Part shown: positions 41,901 through 50,996 of the stretch, piece after piece
Layout: each line of letters starts with the position of its first letter
Numbering within the stretch: the stretch's first letter is position 1
Assembly: GCA_964291405.2 (NCBI GenBank)
Contig: OZ219926.1
Coordinates: forward strand, 3,840,001 to 3,904,000
From: Thermodesulfobacteriota bacterium
GTDB lineage: Bacteria; Desulfobacterota; Binatia; Bin18
Length of the DNA: 64,000 bases
Direction: 5' to 3'
Translations under genes and position numbers: made by a program
The notes under the pieces: model-generated
Database searches by the model: none
What the model was told of the DNA's origin: nothing
What the model saw: only the letters and a program-made list of their open reading frames with translations

Positions 41901-43341
41901 CGATAATGAAGCGGAAATTGCGACGAGATACGCGCTTCGGGAACTGAATGATTTTCCAGATTGGTTCCCGGCTCTTCTGCAAGCGAAGCCTGAACCGGTC
42001 AGAAAGATGTTTCGGGAAGAGATTGAGTGGGAATGCAAAGCATTTCCTCCCGATAGCGTCCCACTCTATATTCTGGAAAAACTGCGCAACACCAGACTGC
42101 AAATGGGCAATGATCTGCGGGATGACATTACTGATATTCTGACGACTAAGACGAATATCCTGGTCAAGCCGCTAGAGAATGCTTTGGCTATTGTCCTGAA
42201 AGATTCTACGCTGTTACCCAAAACATTTCGGGATACTGTAGCTCGTCAGGCAGAAGAAGTTTCTTCCGAACAGCAAAAAGTGCTGTGGTTGTCAGCACTA
42301 CTCTGTCTGGATGCCGAGCACGCCCTCGATATCATGGAACCCTGGGTGAACAGTGGGACCAAGTGGGACGGAGAATGTCGAACGTCTCTTATTATCAATC
42401 ATCTCTGGGGACGCGATGCCGGGAGCTTCAATAGCGAACAGTGCAGCTATGAGCAGCTTGGTTGTCTTTCGCGACTGCTGGAAATTGTCCATTCCCATAT
42501 TCGGCTAGAGGAAGATATTGATCATGACGGTGCGTATTCTCCTGACCTCAGGGATAAAGCTCAGGACGCTCGTAGGCACCTCCTTAACTTGCTCTGTAGC
42601 ATTCCGGGAAAACTCACACGCGACACTCTAATTCGACTCTCAGAGTCCTCTCCACTTGAAAATTTCAAAGACCACTTACTCAATCTGGCCGACAGCCGTG
42701 CCGAAGCCGATGCGGATTTCAGCGCGTGGACTCCAAAGCAAGTCGCTGAATTCGGACGTGACGCAGAGCGGAGCCCGGAAACACAGAAGGAGCTTTTTGA
42801 AATTGCTGTGTCCCGCCTTGATGATATTAAGTTTGGTTTTGAAGAGGGTGATGATAGTGAAGCCAGCCTCTGGAGAAAGGCGGAGGATGAGCTTGAGTTG
42901 CGGCGTGCTATCGCGAACCGCTTGATGCTCGTCTCACGTAACAGGTACACAACCGGGTCGGAGGAGGAATTCGCCGATAAGAGTCGTACCGACATCCGTC
43001 TCCATAATCCCAAGGTAGATACGCGGATACCTATCGAAATCAAAATTGCCGGAAAGTGGAGCGCAAACCAGTTGCGCAAGCGCATGGAGAAGCAACTTGT
43101 AGGTCAATATCTCCGTGAAGCCTGTTACGGCGTATTCTTGTTGGTTAATCGGGGTGCGGAGGGTGACAAGAAGTATTGGCGACACCCCAAGAAACTCAGT
43201 TTTTCCACGCTCGTTCAATGGCTGAAAGACGAGAGCAGGACACTGCTGAACGAGCATGTCCAAGATGTAGAGGTAATTGGAATCGATCTGACGCGAAGAA
43301 CCGAGAAGGCTACCCAGAAAGCAAAGGAAGCAGGAGCGTAG
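38974..43341 (+). CDS. NACHT/STAND NTPase with long helical region and C-terminal PD-(D/E)XK nuclease-like domain
   Basis: Walker A VILAEAGSGKTT, Walker B YFFLDSVDE, sensor VISTRP, winged-helix FHHRTAREYLTA; C-terminal EEEFADKSRTDIRL...IPIEIK...QLVGQYL. Start at 38974 or 38983. Confidence 0.82.
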   Translation: MGHMQGYIQLDRKFLEFDERLQAGESDDSLFAFDLSSKIGKSWSDILKNRCTVILAEAGSGKTTELRAQTERLRREGQSAFFCRLEILADESFEDALEADTSQDFPSWRDSDAHGYFFLDSVDEARLASPGAFETAVIHFAKVVRHYMHRSTVVISTRPNAWQAQADPDMLKRRLALPEEVKPASNDTRNYDLNNGGRLPTRGSKGAETTGMGKNSFVIMQMSPLNQSQIQIFAEAKGITDITAFMEAINRADADVFATRPADLPGLIDAWKKKEHLGNYSEVVLKNIELKLSEENPVHGPQAPLSQDRALEGARVLAAAVTLTTCTSILLPDDPIEETLREKCLDPKEVLPDWQSAEIRALLGRALFEEALYGSVRFHHRTAREYLTACWFKKLLSQQKNRRNIECLFFARPYGVLPEIVAPSLKPVVGWLAVWDPGICTRTLHTDPKVLLEYGDASALDIRTRETLLRDFASRYENRDDTPLSLHVREVRRLADHRLAGVIRDLLQKYRNHGDVRRLLLRIIREERIPDCGQLAHSLAIDPEMDVYTRSTAVRAVGLAGNPDEQKRLAEEILGQVSSLEQDIVGAAIETLWPNAFTDQDVLTILEKTPVPEQFGAAELKYAISQMPGRISDRSRVQNLLAAVLKLVSQPPWHQDEICRISKRYDWLVNLLWALVKRFNFLHGAPETVPGFLSAISLCARSHHYIRHYRGDMDDEIAQLLHGNAKIRHALFWYKYEQARQVEEEPITDYRFIYGFPRTSVLEKEDRDYYLQELRERSDPVERQIVMSVLFGVYNASKDVVLRERIRDAVSGAPDLVAEFNRLLTPSAPSEAYLEAQREISESLLQRQQQEIEDAQARQDWIERLKADPSMVGDLSLAAEGQVWNNTYGLLQEIEEKTHAGNRLTASQWELLIPEFGEIVAQRFRDFCRDFWRRYTPSVRSETAEGNQTIAPALIVGTSGLAMEANGDETWAAQLTDNEAEIATRYALRELNDFPDWFPALLQAKPEPVRKMFREEIEWECKAFPPDSVPLYILEKLRNTRLQMGNDLRDDITDILTTKTNILVKPLENALAIVLKDSTLLPKTFRDTVARQAEEVSSEQQKVLWLSALLCLDAEHALDIMEPWVNSGTKWDGECRTSLIINHLWGRDAGSFNSEQCSYEQLGCLSRLLEIVHSHIRLEEDIDHDGAYSPDLRDKAQDARRHLLNLLCSIPGKLTRDTLIRLSESSPLENFKDHLLNLADSRAEADADFSAWTPKQVAEFGRDAERSPETQKELFEIAVSRLDDIKFGFEEGDDSEASLWRKAEDELELRRAIANRLMLVSRNRYTTGSEEEFADKSRTDIRLHNPKVDTRIPIEIKIAGKWSANQLRKRMEKQLVGQYLREACYGVFLLVNRGAEGDKKYWRHPKKLSFSTLVQWLKDESRTLLNEHVQDVEVIGIDLTRRTEKATQKAKEAGA

Positions 43342-43346
43342 ACATT

Positions 43347-43518
43347 ATGCGGAAGGCTAAAATAGATTCCCCTGCGACAAAGGCCGACTTGGCTGTTTTG
43401 GAAGCCCTGCCGTGACGAAGACATTGATACGAGCGATATCCCGAAGGGTACAGACTGGAGCGATGCCGTCCGGGGGAAGTTTTATCGTCCAGTGAAAAAG
43501 AAAAATCGGTCGGATTAG
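43347..43518 (+). pseudogene. BrnA-family antitoxin remnant (frameshifted and truncated)
   Basis: MRKAKIDSPATKADLAVLEALP, then after a 1-nt shift DEDIDTSDIPKGTDWSDAVRGKFYRPVKK, the typical BrnA N-terminus; the C-terminal RHH segment is missing. Confidence 0.75.
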
Positions 43519-43538
43519 CGTAGCGTAATCCGACCGAT
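43505..43538. repeat. REP-like palindrome
   Basis: ATCGGTCGGATTA-gcgtagcg-TAATCCGACCGAT, perfect 13-bp arms. Confidence 0.75.
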
Positions 43539-43621
43539 ACGGTCCGTCCGAACATGTCGGGTGACGAGACAGTGTGAAAGTGAGAGGGGTGTTCTCATTG
43601 CTGCCGGAGAAATCAGAACAA

Positions 43622-43651
43622 TAGAATTTTGGCCTTAGAATTTTGGCCTTA
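43622..43651 (+). repeat. 14-bp tandem duplication TAGAATTTTGGCCT x2 in a putative promoter
   Basis: Exact adjacent copies at 43622-43635 and 43636-43649, ending ~22 bp before the peptide ATG at 43672. Confidence 0.7.
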
Positions 43652-43671
43652 CAATCCTCAGGGGGAAACCA

Positions 43672-43836
43672 ATGCGCAAGAATAATACATCTGCGGCTCC
43701 GCGTCCGTCCAACAAACAGAAGAAAAACGGCCTTCGGGTCGATTTCTCTCGCGGCTATCAACCTGTGGCGACCGAGCAGTCTCCAAAAAAACCGCCCACC
43801 AATCCGCCAAATCAAGGCACCGCCGGAAAGAAATGA
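43672..43836 (+). CDS. 54-aa basic Pro-rich peptide (DFSRGYQP motif)
   Basis: Below the ORF-track size cutoff. AGGGGG RBS-like sequence, ATG 43672, MRKNNTSAAPRPSNKQKKNGLRVDFSRGYQPVATEQSPKKPPTNPPNQGTAGKK, TGA 43834-43836. Confidence 0.65.
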   Translation: MRKNNTSAAPRPSNKQKKNGLRVDFSRGYQPVATEQSPKKPPTNPPNQGTAGKK

Positions 43837-43907
43837 CCTCGTGGGCGGATTCTTGCTTGCTGCCTATCGCTGTCGGCTGTCGAGGCCTGGATACCGCCCC
43901 CAGCAAT

Positions 43908-43936
43908 TTGACCGGTTTCGGTAAATCCCCTATATC
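43908..43936 (+). promoter_or_regulatory. Possible sigma70 promoter for the alaC-hom-thrC operon
   Basis: TTGACC-N17-TATATC, about 65 bp upstream of the ATG. Confidence 0.35.
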
Positions 43937-44002
43937 CTTAGCAGGAATTGAGGCCCTCGCGGAGATAAGCTGAACGGCCTGTCTTCCAAGAGGTGAGACA
44001 AC

Positions 44003-45217
44003 ATGGAATTCCCACGTATTAAACGGCTTCCGCCCTACCTCTTTGCCACCCTGGACAAGATGAAAATGGAGGCACGCTGGGCGGGGGAGGATATTATTGA
44101 TTTTGGGATGGGCAATCCCGACCACCCTTCTCCGCAACACGTTGTGGAGAAGTTGGTTGAGGCCGCGGCCAAGCCACAGAATCACCGTTATTCAACCTCA
44201 CGGGGGCTCTATAAGCTGCGTCTGGCGATTTGCGACTGGTATAAACGCCGCTTTGAAGTGGAGCTCGATCCCGATTCCGAATCCATTGTGACCATTGGGT
44301 CGAAAGAGGGCCTCTCCCATCTGGCGCTGTCGATTCTCGGTCCGGGTGATGTGGCCATCTGCCCGAGTCCGACCTATCCCATTCACCAGTATTCAATTGT
44401 GATGGCCAACGCCGATTTGCGGGTCGTTCCGCTCCGACCGGGGGAAGATTTCTTTACCTCGCTTCAGGAAACGGTCCAGCAGTGTTGGCCGCGGCCCAAG
44501 GTCCTGCTGCTGTGTTTTCCGCATAATCCGACAACGGCTGTTGTAGACCTTGAATTTTTTACGCGCGTCGTAGAATTCGCCCACGAGCATAAGTTGTTTG
44601 TCATTCACGACTTTGCCTACGCCGACCTCTTTTTTGACGGCTATACACCGCCGAGTTTCCTCCAGGTGCCTGGCGCAAAAGAGATCGGCGTCGAGTTTTT
44701 TACCCTGTCGAAATCCTACGATATGCCGGGTTGGCGGGTGGGCTTTGCCTGCGGTAATCCAGAGGCGATCATGGCCCTGGGTCGGCTCAAAAGCTATTTT
44801 GACTACGGTATTTTCCAGCCTATTCAAATCGCCGCGATTCATGCTCTGAACGGTCCCCAGGACTGCGTGGAAGACATGCGCCGGCGCTATCGTCTCCGCC
44901 GCGATGTCCTGATTGACGGCTTGGAGCGGATAGGCTGGCATATCCCCAAACCCAAAGGCACGATGTTCGTCTGGGCGCAAATCCCGGAGCCCCTGCGGGC
45001 CATGGGCTCCATGGCTTTTGCGGAATTTCTCCTGACGGAAGCCAAAGTCGCGGTATCCCCAGGGGTCGGTTTTGGGCCGTATGGAGAAGACTACGTCCGC
45101 TTTGCCTTGATTGAGAATGAGCATCGGACCCGGCAGGCCGTTCGCGGTATCCGTAAAGCCTTTGGCGGTGCCAGCGCTCCGGCCGAGCCGGCGGATAAAA
45201 AGCTTCGGGCGGTATAA
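44003..45217 (+). CDS. alaC: PLP-dependent class I/II aminotransferase, AlaC type
   Basis: [59 protein letters not shown]. Confidence 0.85.
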   Translation: MEFPRIKRLPPYLFATLDKMKMEARWAGEDIIDFGMGNPDHPSPQHVVEKLVEAAAKPQNHRYSTSRGLYKLRLAICDWYKRRFEVELDPDSESIVTIGSKEGLSHLALSILGPGDVAICPSPTYPIHQYSIVMANADLRVVPLRPGEDFFTSLQETVQQCWPRPKVLLLCFPHNPTTAVVDLEFFTRVVEFAHEHKLFVIHDFAYADLFFDGYTPPSFLQVPGAKEIGVEFFTLSKSYDMPGWRVGFACGNPEAIMALGRLKSYFDYGIFQPIQIAAIHALNGPQDCVEDMRRRYRLRRDVLIDGLERIGWHIPKPKGTMFVWAQIPEPLRAMGSMAFAEFLLTEAKVAVSPGVGFGPYGEDYVRFALIENEHRTRQAVRGIRKAFGGASAPAEPADKKLRAV

Positions 45218-46533
45218 TGGCGGGGGAGGGGGTCAAACTCGGGCTTATCGGGTTGGGCACGGTCGGTTCCGGGGTGGTCCAACTCCTGGACCGGCAGCGC
45301 GAGGCGTTTGCTCGAAAAATAGGCGCACCCCTGCAACTCGTCCACGTTGCGAGTCGGAGCATAGACACAAAGCCGCACCCGCCTCTTCCCGGTGTGCGTT
45401 TATCGGCCGACCCGTGGAGCGTCGTGCAGGATGCCGAGGTCGATATTGTTTTGGAACTCATTGGTGGAACCGACCCCGCCCGCTCCCTCGTTTTGGAAGT
45501 GATGGCGCGGGGCAAATCCGTTGTGACGGCAAATAAAGCCCTGCTAGCTCTCCACGGCGATGAGATTTTTGCCGCAGCGGAAGCGCACGGGATCCGCTTG
45601 GGGTTTGAAGCCAGCGTGGCCGGCGGCATCCCGGTTATTCGGACGCTGCGGGAAGGTTTTGTCGCGGACCGCAACAAGGCGCTGTTCGGGATTGTGAACG
45701 GAACCTGTAATTACATTCTGGCGACGATGAGCGAGGACGGCGCCGAGTTTGCTCCCGTCCTCCGCAGAGCCCAGGAGTTGGGCTTGGCGGAAGCCGACCC
45801 CCGTATGGATGTCGATGGCATTGACGCTGCTCAGAAGCTGACGCTGCTCATCATGCTCGCCTTTGGCGTGCGGGTGCCGGTCGATGCCGTGTATACCGAA
45901 GGGATTCGGCAGCTCGACCAGATCGACATTGCCTTTGCGCGCGAGTTCGGCTATGCGATCAAGCTGTTGGCGATTGCCAAGGAAGAGTCCGGCGTGCTGG
46001 AAGCCCGAGTCCATCCGACTATGATCCCGCAGGACAGTCTGCTGGCGGGTGTGGGTGGCGCGTATAATGCCATCTTTACGCAGGGGGAAGCCCTCGGCTC
46101 TTCGCTCCAATTCGGACAAGGCGCGGGCAGCTTGCCGACTGCGGCGGCGGTCTTGTCTGACGTGGTTGATAGCGCGCGGGCGCAGACGAAGCAGCAACAG
46201 CCCCGGCCACCGCTCGGTTGTGCCTGGACGGAGCTGAAGCCGGCCGCTGTCCGGCCCATGGATGAACTGGTGAGTGAGTATTATCTGCGTTTCATGGCCG
46301 TCGACCGTCCTGGGGTGCTCACCCAGATCAGCGGGATTCTAGGCGACCAGGACATCAGCATTGCCTCGGTGATTCAGCGTGGACGGAGCGACGGTGATAA
46401 TACCGTGCCCTTGGTCATGCGGACGCATGCCGCGACGGAACGGAATTTGAAGACGGCGATGACATTAGTGGACCAATTGCCCATCGTGCAGGGCAAGTCC
46501 GTATATGTCCGTGTTGAGGAGAGCCTTGGCTAA
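45217..46533 (+). CDS. hom: Homoserine dehydrogenase with C-terminal ACT domain
   Basis: GLGTVG, VVTANKAL, FEASVAGGIP, NGTCNYIL, AEADP, DRPGVL. Confidence 0.95.
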   Translation: MAGEGVKLGLIGLGTVGSGVVQLLDRQREAFARKIGAPLQLVHVASRSIDTKPHPPLPGVRLSADPWSVVQDAEVDIVLELIGGTDPARSLVLEVMARGKSVVTANKALLALHGDEIFAAAEAHGIRLGFEASVAGGIPVIRTLREGFVADRNKALFGIVNGTCNYILATMSEDGAEFAPVLRRAQELGLAEADPRMDVDGIDAAQKLTLLIMLAFGVRVPVDAVYTEGIRQLDQIDIAFAREFGYAIKLLAIAKEESGVLEARVHPTMIPQDSLLAGVGGAYNAIFTQGEALGSSLQFGQGAGSLPTAAAVLSDVVDSARAQTKQQQPRPPLGCAWTELKPAAVRPMDELVSEYYLRFMAVDRPGVLTQISGILGDQDISIASVIQRGRSDGDNTVPLVMRTHAATERNLKTAMTLVDQLPIVQGKSVYVRVEESLG

Positions 46534-46572
46534 CGCAGCAGTCCTGATGGAAAGAGTCGGTCAGAGACAGGT

Positions 46573-47994
46573 ATGACACACAGTGCGATGATAGATGCCC
46601 CTGCTCCTCCGCTGACGGCTCCGAACCCCTCGCCGTTTCGGGCCTGGTTTGGCTGTGCGGCCGGCTGCCCTGGTGAACATCCGCTCAACGAGATCCTGTA
46701 CTACTGCCCGACCTGCGGTGGGCTGCTGGACGTACAGCACGACATCGCCGCTCTCAAGACGCGAACGCCCCAAGAATGGCGACATTTGTTCGATGAGCGC
46801 TATCGACGCACACTCTACCCCTATGGCAGTGGGGTGTGGGGCAAAAAAGAAATGGTCTGTCCGGCTATTGACGATGCGAACATCGTTTCCACCTATGAGG
46901 GCGGCACCAATCTGTTCTGGGCCGAGCGACTCGGACGCCACATCGGTGTTGATGATCTATGGGTCAAACAGTGCGGCAACTCCCACACCGGGTCATTCAA
47001 GGACCTGGGCATGACCGTGCTCGTCTCTATGGTGAAGCAGATGATTGCCGACGGCGTGTCTATCCCTGCGGTTGCGTGCGCCTCAACCGGCGATACGTCG
47101 GCGGCCCTGGCTGCCTACTGCGCCGCGGCCGGCATCCCGGCTATTGTGATTCTGCCCCGTAATCGGGTGTCTACGGCGCAACTTATTCAGCCCATGGCAA
47201 ACGGGGCGCTGACCTTGTCGCTCGATACCGATTTTGATGGCTGTATGCGGGTCGTGCGCGAGCTGTGTACTAAGGAAAACATCTATCTGGCCAATTCGAT
47301 GAACAGCCTCCGGCTTGAGGGCCAGAAGACTATCTCGATTGAGATCGTTCAGCAGTTTGACTGGGAAGTCCCCGATGTGGTGATCGTCCCCGGCGGAAAT
47401 CTGGGTAACGTTACGGCAATCGGACGGGGCTTCCTGCTCATGCAGGAACTTAGGCTGATTGATCGCCTGCCCCGTCTGGTCTGTGCCCAGGCCGAACGCG
47501 CCAATCCGTTGTACAAGAGTTTTACCGCCGGCTTTGAAAAATATCGTCCAGTCAAAGCCAAAAAAACTCTGGCGTCAGCCATTCAGATCGGGAACCCGGT
47601 CAGTGTGCATAAGGCCATTCGGGTTCTCCAGACCTTCGATAGTATTGTTGAACAGGCCAGCGAGGAAGAGTTGGCCGAAGCGTCGGCCCTGGCAGATTTG
47701 ACCGGCCTGTTCAACTGTCCGCACACCGGGGTGGCGCTCGCCGTGCTGTTGAAACTGGCGCGCAGTGGGCAGATACGGTCACACGAACGGGTCGTGGTGA
47801 TATCCACTGCCCATGGGCTTAAGTTTACCGACTTTAAACGGCGTTACCATGAAGGGCGGTTGCGTGGGGTGGCCGCGCATTCCGCCAACAGGCCGATTGA
47901 ATCACCGGCCGATTATCACAGTGCCCGGGCCGCGATTTTCGGCGCGCTTGAGCGCAGGCAGGTATCTCCTGTTCACGGATTCCTAGATGGGTGA
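46573..47994 (+). CDS. thrC: Threonine synthase (plant-like long type)
   Basis: [18 protein letters not shown] (PLP Lys), [24 protein letters not shown]. Confidence 0.94.
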   Translation: MTHSAMIDAPAPPLTAPNPSPFRAWFGCAAGCPGEHPLNEILYYCPTCGGLLDVQHDIAALKTRTPQEWRHLFDERYRRTLYPYGSGVWGKKEMVCPAIDDANIVSTYEGGTNLFWAERLGRHIGVDDLWVKQCGNSHTGSFKDLGMTVLVSMVKQMIADGVSIPAVACASTGDTSAALAAYCAAAGIPAIVILPRNRVSTAQLIQPMANGALTLSLDTDFDGCMRVVRELCTKENIYLANSMNSLRLEGQKTISIEIVQQFDWEVPDVVIVPGGNLGNVTAIGRGFLLMQELRLIDRLPRLVCAQAERANPLYKSFTAGFEKYRPVKAKKTLASAIQIGNPVSVHKAIRVLQTFDSIVEQASEEELAEASALADLTGLFNCPHTGVALAVLLKLARSGQIRSHERVVVISTAHGLKFTDFKRRYHEGRLRGVAAHSANRPIESPADYHSARAAIFGALERRQVSPVHGFLDG

Positions 47995-47999
47995 GAGGT

Positions 48000-49223
48000 A
48001 TGAAATACATCGTTCTTCAAGGTGATGGTATGGCGGACTGGCCGGTCGATGAACTCGGCGGGAAAACGCCTCTTGAGTACGCGCGGACGCCGCATATGGA
48101 CCATATTGCCTCTCACGGCATCTTTGGCCTCACCCAGACGATTCCCGAGGGCTATCCCTCGGGCAGCGATGTCGGAACCATGAGTCTGCTCGGCTATGAC
48201 CCGCGGCAATACCACACCGGCCGCTCGCCCATCGAAGCGGCCAGTATGGGGGTGGACTTGGGGCCGGAAGATATTGCGTTTCGGTGCAATCTGGTGACCC
48301 TGGGCCGTACAGCCGACGGAACCGAAACCATGCTTGACTTTGCGGCCGACCACATCCCCAGCGCTGATGCGGCCGAGTTGATTGGGACGCTTCAGCACGA
48401 GTTGGGCAGCGATGAGTTTTCCTTCTATCCTGGCGTGAGTTATCGGCACCTGCTGGTCTGGCACGGCGGCAAGGAAAAGATGGACACCACGCCACCGCAC
48501 GATATTACCGGTCAACCCGTCCAGAAGCACTGGCCTCAGGGAGATGGCAGCGAGCAACTGTGCTCGCTGATGCAGCGTGCCCGGGAGATCTGTGCCGAGC
48601 ATCCCGTCAATGCCAAGCGCCAGGCCGAGGGGCACAAGCCGGCCTCTTCGATCTGGCTGTGGGGGCAGGGCCGCCGTCCCGCCGTGCCGACGATTGACGA
48701 ACGCTTTGGTCTGAGTGGTTCGGTCATTTCCGCGGTTGATCTGGTCCGCGGTATCGGCGTTCTGGCCGGACTTGAGGTGATCCTGGTGCCCGGCGCGACC
48801 GGCTTTCTTGATACGAATTATCTCGGCAAAGCCGAATATGGTCTGGCCGCCCTGCGTGACAAAGATTTTCTCTTCCTGCACGTTGAGGCAACGGACGAAG
48901 CCGGTCATATGGGCGCGGCCGATAAAAAGGTCCAGGCGCTTGAGGATTTTGATGAGAAGGTCGTTGGGACTATCTTAGATGGTCTGGCCGCTTTCCCTGA
49001 GTGGACCATCCTGCTGATGCCCGACCACGCCACGCCCGTTGCGATCAAGACCCATTCGTCCGACCCCGTGCCGTTTGCCGTGCTCTCGTCCCATGACCGG
49101 CCGCCAGCGTCGCCAGCGGTGGGTTATAACGAGCCGTGTGCCAAAGCGACGAAGGTGTTTGTGGCTGAGGCCTGGCGTTTGATGGAGCACGTGATTCGCG
49201 GACAGGTGCGGGCCTTGGTATAG
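48000..49223 (+). CDS. apgM: Cofactor-independent phosphoglycerate mutase, ApgM (archaeal-type) family
   Basis: MKYIVLQGDGMAD, GKTPL, GSDVGTMS, DEAGH, PDHATP, THSSDPVPF. Confidence 0.88.
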   Translation: MKYIVLQGDGMADWPVDELGGKTPLEYARTPHMDHIASHGIFGLTQTIPEGYPSGSDVGTMSLLGYDPRQYHTGRSPIEAASMGVDLGPEDIAFRCNLVTLGRTADGTETMLDFAADHIPSADAAELIGTLQHELGSDEFSFYPGVSYRHLLVWHGGKEKMDTTPPHDITGQPVQKHWPQGDGSEQLCSLMQRAREICAEHPVNAKRQAEGHKPASSIWLWGQGRRPAVPTIDERFGLSGSVISAVDLVRGIGVLAGLEVILVPGATGFLDTNYLGKAEYGLAALRDKDFLFLHVEATDEAGHMGAADKKVQALEDFDEKVVGTILDGLAAFPEWTILLMPDHATPVAIKTHSSDPVPFAVLSSHDRPPASPAVGYNEPCAKATKVFVAEAWRLMEHVIRGQVRALV

Positions 49224-49255
49224 GTGGAACTCGGGAGAAACACAAGAGATTCGGC

Positions 49256-50212
49256 ATGGATCGGAACCTCGCGCTTGAGTTCGTTCGGGTGACAGAAGCC
49301 GCGGCTTTAGCCGCAGCGGCCCACATGGGGCGGGGAGATGAAGCGGTTGCCGACGCTGCTGCTGTGGGGGCTATGCACCGGCTGTTCCCTGATATCGAGT
49401 TCAGGGGTCACCTCGTTCTCGGCGAGGGAGATGAAGACTCGGTGCCCATGCTGTACGTCGACGAAATGCTCGGGACGGGGGCGGGCCCTGCCATTGAGGT
49501 CGCGGTCGATGCGCTTGAAGGGGCAACCACCTGTGCGCTCGGCGCGCCGAATGCGATTGTAGCCATTGCCGTTGCTGAAGAGGGCGGGTTTCTGCGTTGT
49601 CCTGCGGATGTGTACATGGAGAAGATGGCGGTCGGACCCTGGGGCCGGGGGGTGATTGATCTGGATAAATCGATGGGTGACAATCTTGCCGCCCTCGCAG
49701 CAGTGAAAGGGGTCAAACCGCAAAACCTGCGCGTGGTCATGCTTGACCGGCCGCGTCATACCAAGTTGCTGCACGAACTGCGTGATATCGACGTCCATGT
49801 CACCCTGATCAGCGACGGTGACCTGTCGGCGGCCTTAGCCACCACGCGGGAGGAGTCCGGGATTGACCTGTTGGTTGGGACGGGACGTGCCGCACAGGGT
49901 ATTCTCGCGGCGGCGGCCCTGCGGTGTTTGGGCGGGGAGATTCAGGCACGTTTCCAGCCGGGGAATGCGGCAGAATTTGAACAACTGCGTGAAAGTGGAG
50001 TGGACGATATTCGGAAAAAGTATACGGCCGAAGAACTCGCCCGAGGTAGCGTGGTCTTTGCCGCAACCGGGGTGACCACCGGGAACTATCTGCACGGGGT
50101 ACGGTTTTTTCCTGGGGGGGGCGAGTCGCATTCCGTGGTGATGCGCTCAAAGAGCCGGACCATCCGCTTTCTCAATACGTTTCACTACTTTGAGGAGCAG
50201 CCGGAGTATTAA
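49256..50212 (+). CDS. glpX: Fructose-1,6-bisphosphatase class II
   Basis: RVTEAAAL, GEGDED, VDALEG, LDRPRH, ISDGD, FAATGVT. Confidence 0.9.
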   Translation: MDRNLALEFVRVTEAAALAAAAHMGRGDEAVADAAAVGAMHRLFPDIEFRGHLVLGEGDEDSVPMLYVDEMLGTGAGPAIEVAVDALEGATTCALGAPNAIVAIAVAEEGGFLRCPADVYMEKMAVGPWGRGVIDLDKSMGDNLAALAAVKGVKPQNLRVVMLDRPRHTKLLHELRDIDVHVTLISDGDLSAALATTREESGIDLLVGTGRAAQGILAAAALRCLGGEIQARFQPGNAAEFEQLRESGVDDIRKKYTAEELARGSVVFAATGVTTGNYLHGVRFFPGGGESHSVVMRSKSRTIRFLNTFHYFEEQPEY

Positions 50213-50213
50213 T

Positions 50214-50996
50214 ATGATGTATGAAAATATCGTATTTGAAAAAGAAGGGGCGATTGGCGTTCTGCTGATCAATCGCCCCAAGAGCCTGAATGCGCTGAAT
50301 CCCGCTACCCTGAATGAGATTGCTGACTGCCTGGACGCGGTACAGCAGGACACCGGGCTGCGTTGCCTTGTGATGACCGGTGCGGGCGACCGGGCTTTTG
50401 TTGCCGGGGCGGATATATCGGCAATGGTGTCGATGTCTCCCCTAGAGGGAAAAGCCTTTGCGGCCCTGGGACTCCGCGTGGCGCGGACGCTTGAGGAAAT
50501 GCCCATTCCCGTGATTGCCGCGATCAACGGCTTTGCCCTGGGCGGCGGCATAGAACTCGCCCTGGCCTGTGATATGATTATTGCCGTGGATACGGCCAAG
50601 TTCGGTCAGCCCGAAATCAATCTCGGGGTCATTCCTGGCTTTGGCGGCACCCAGCGCTTAGCGCGTCGAATTGGGCTACCGCTGGCCCGAGAACTGATCT
50701 ACTCTGGCGATATGATCGATGCCGAGGCAGCGGTCCGCTACGGCTTAGCCAATCGCGTCGTGCCTGCGGCCGAGTGTGTGAGTGAGGCCAAAGCCCTCGC
50801 CCATAAGCTGGCCACCAAGCCGCCCATCGCCATTCAGCAGGCAAAGGCGGCCATCAATGCCGGTATTGATATGGATATTGTCAATGGCTGTCGTTTTGAA
50901 ACCGAGGCCTTTGGGCTGACGTTTGCGACACAGGACAAGGCCGAAGGGATGGCGGCGTTTCTTGAAAAACGAGCGGCGAAGTTTTCTGGGAAATAA
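50214..50996 (+). CDS. Enoyl-CoA hydratase (crotonase type)
   Basis: INRPKSLNALN, AFVAGADI, NGFALGGGIE, FGQPEINLGVIPGFGGTQRL, with both catalytic Glu. Confidence 0.9.
   Translation: MMYENIVFEKEGAIGVLLINRPKSLNALNPATLNEIADCLDAVQQDTGLRCLVMTGAGDRAFVAGADISAMVSMSPLEGKAFAALGLRVARTLEEMPIPVIAAINGFALGGGIELALACDMIIAVDTAKFGQPEINLGVIPGFGGTQRLARRIGLPLARELIYSGDMIDAEAAVRYGLANRVVPAAECVSEAKALAHKLATKPPIAIQQAKAAINAGIDMDIVNGCRFETEAFGLTFATQDKAEGMAAFLEKRAAKFSGK

Larger units (their letters stand above)
33949..43836. other. Accessory defence-type island between recG and alaC (no integrase)
   Basis: Interrupts housekeeping genes; contains an RM pseudogene, a NACHT nuclease and an antitoxin remnant; several segments are visibly more AT-rich than the flanks. 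Confidence 0.75.

Noticed and set aside
33929-44002. Prophage, integron or IS origin for the island
   Set aside because: No integrase, transposase, attC-like site, tRNA target or flanking direct repeat was found by eye.
43357-44185. ORF-track ORFs 43357-43815(-), 43643-43924(+) and 43658-44185(-)
   Set aside because: No recognisable motifs; better explained by the BrnA remnant, the REP, the 54-aa peptide and alaC.
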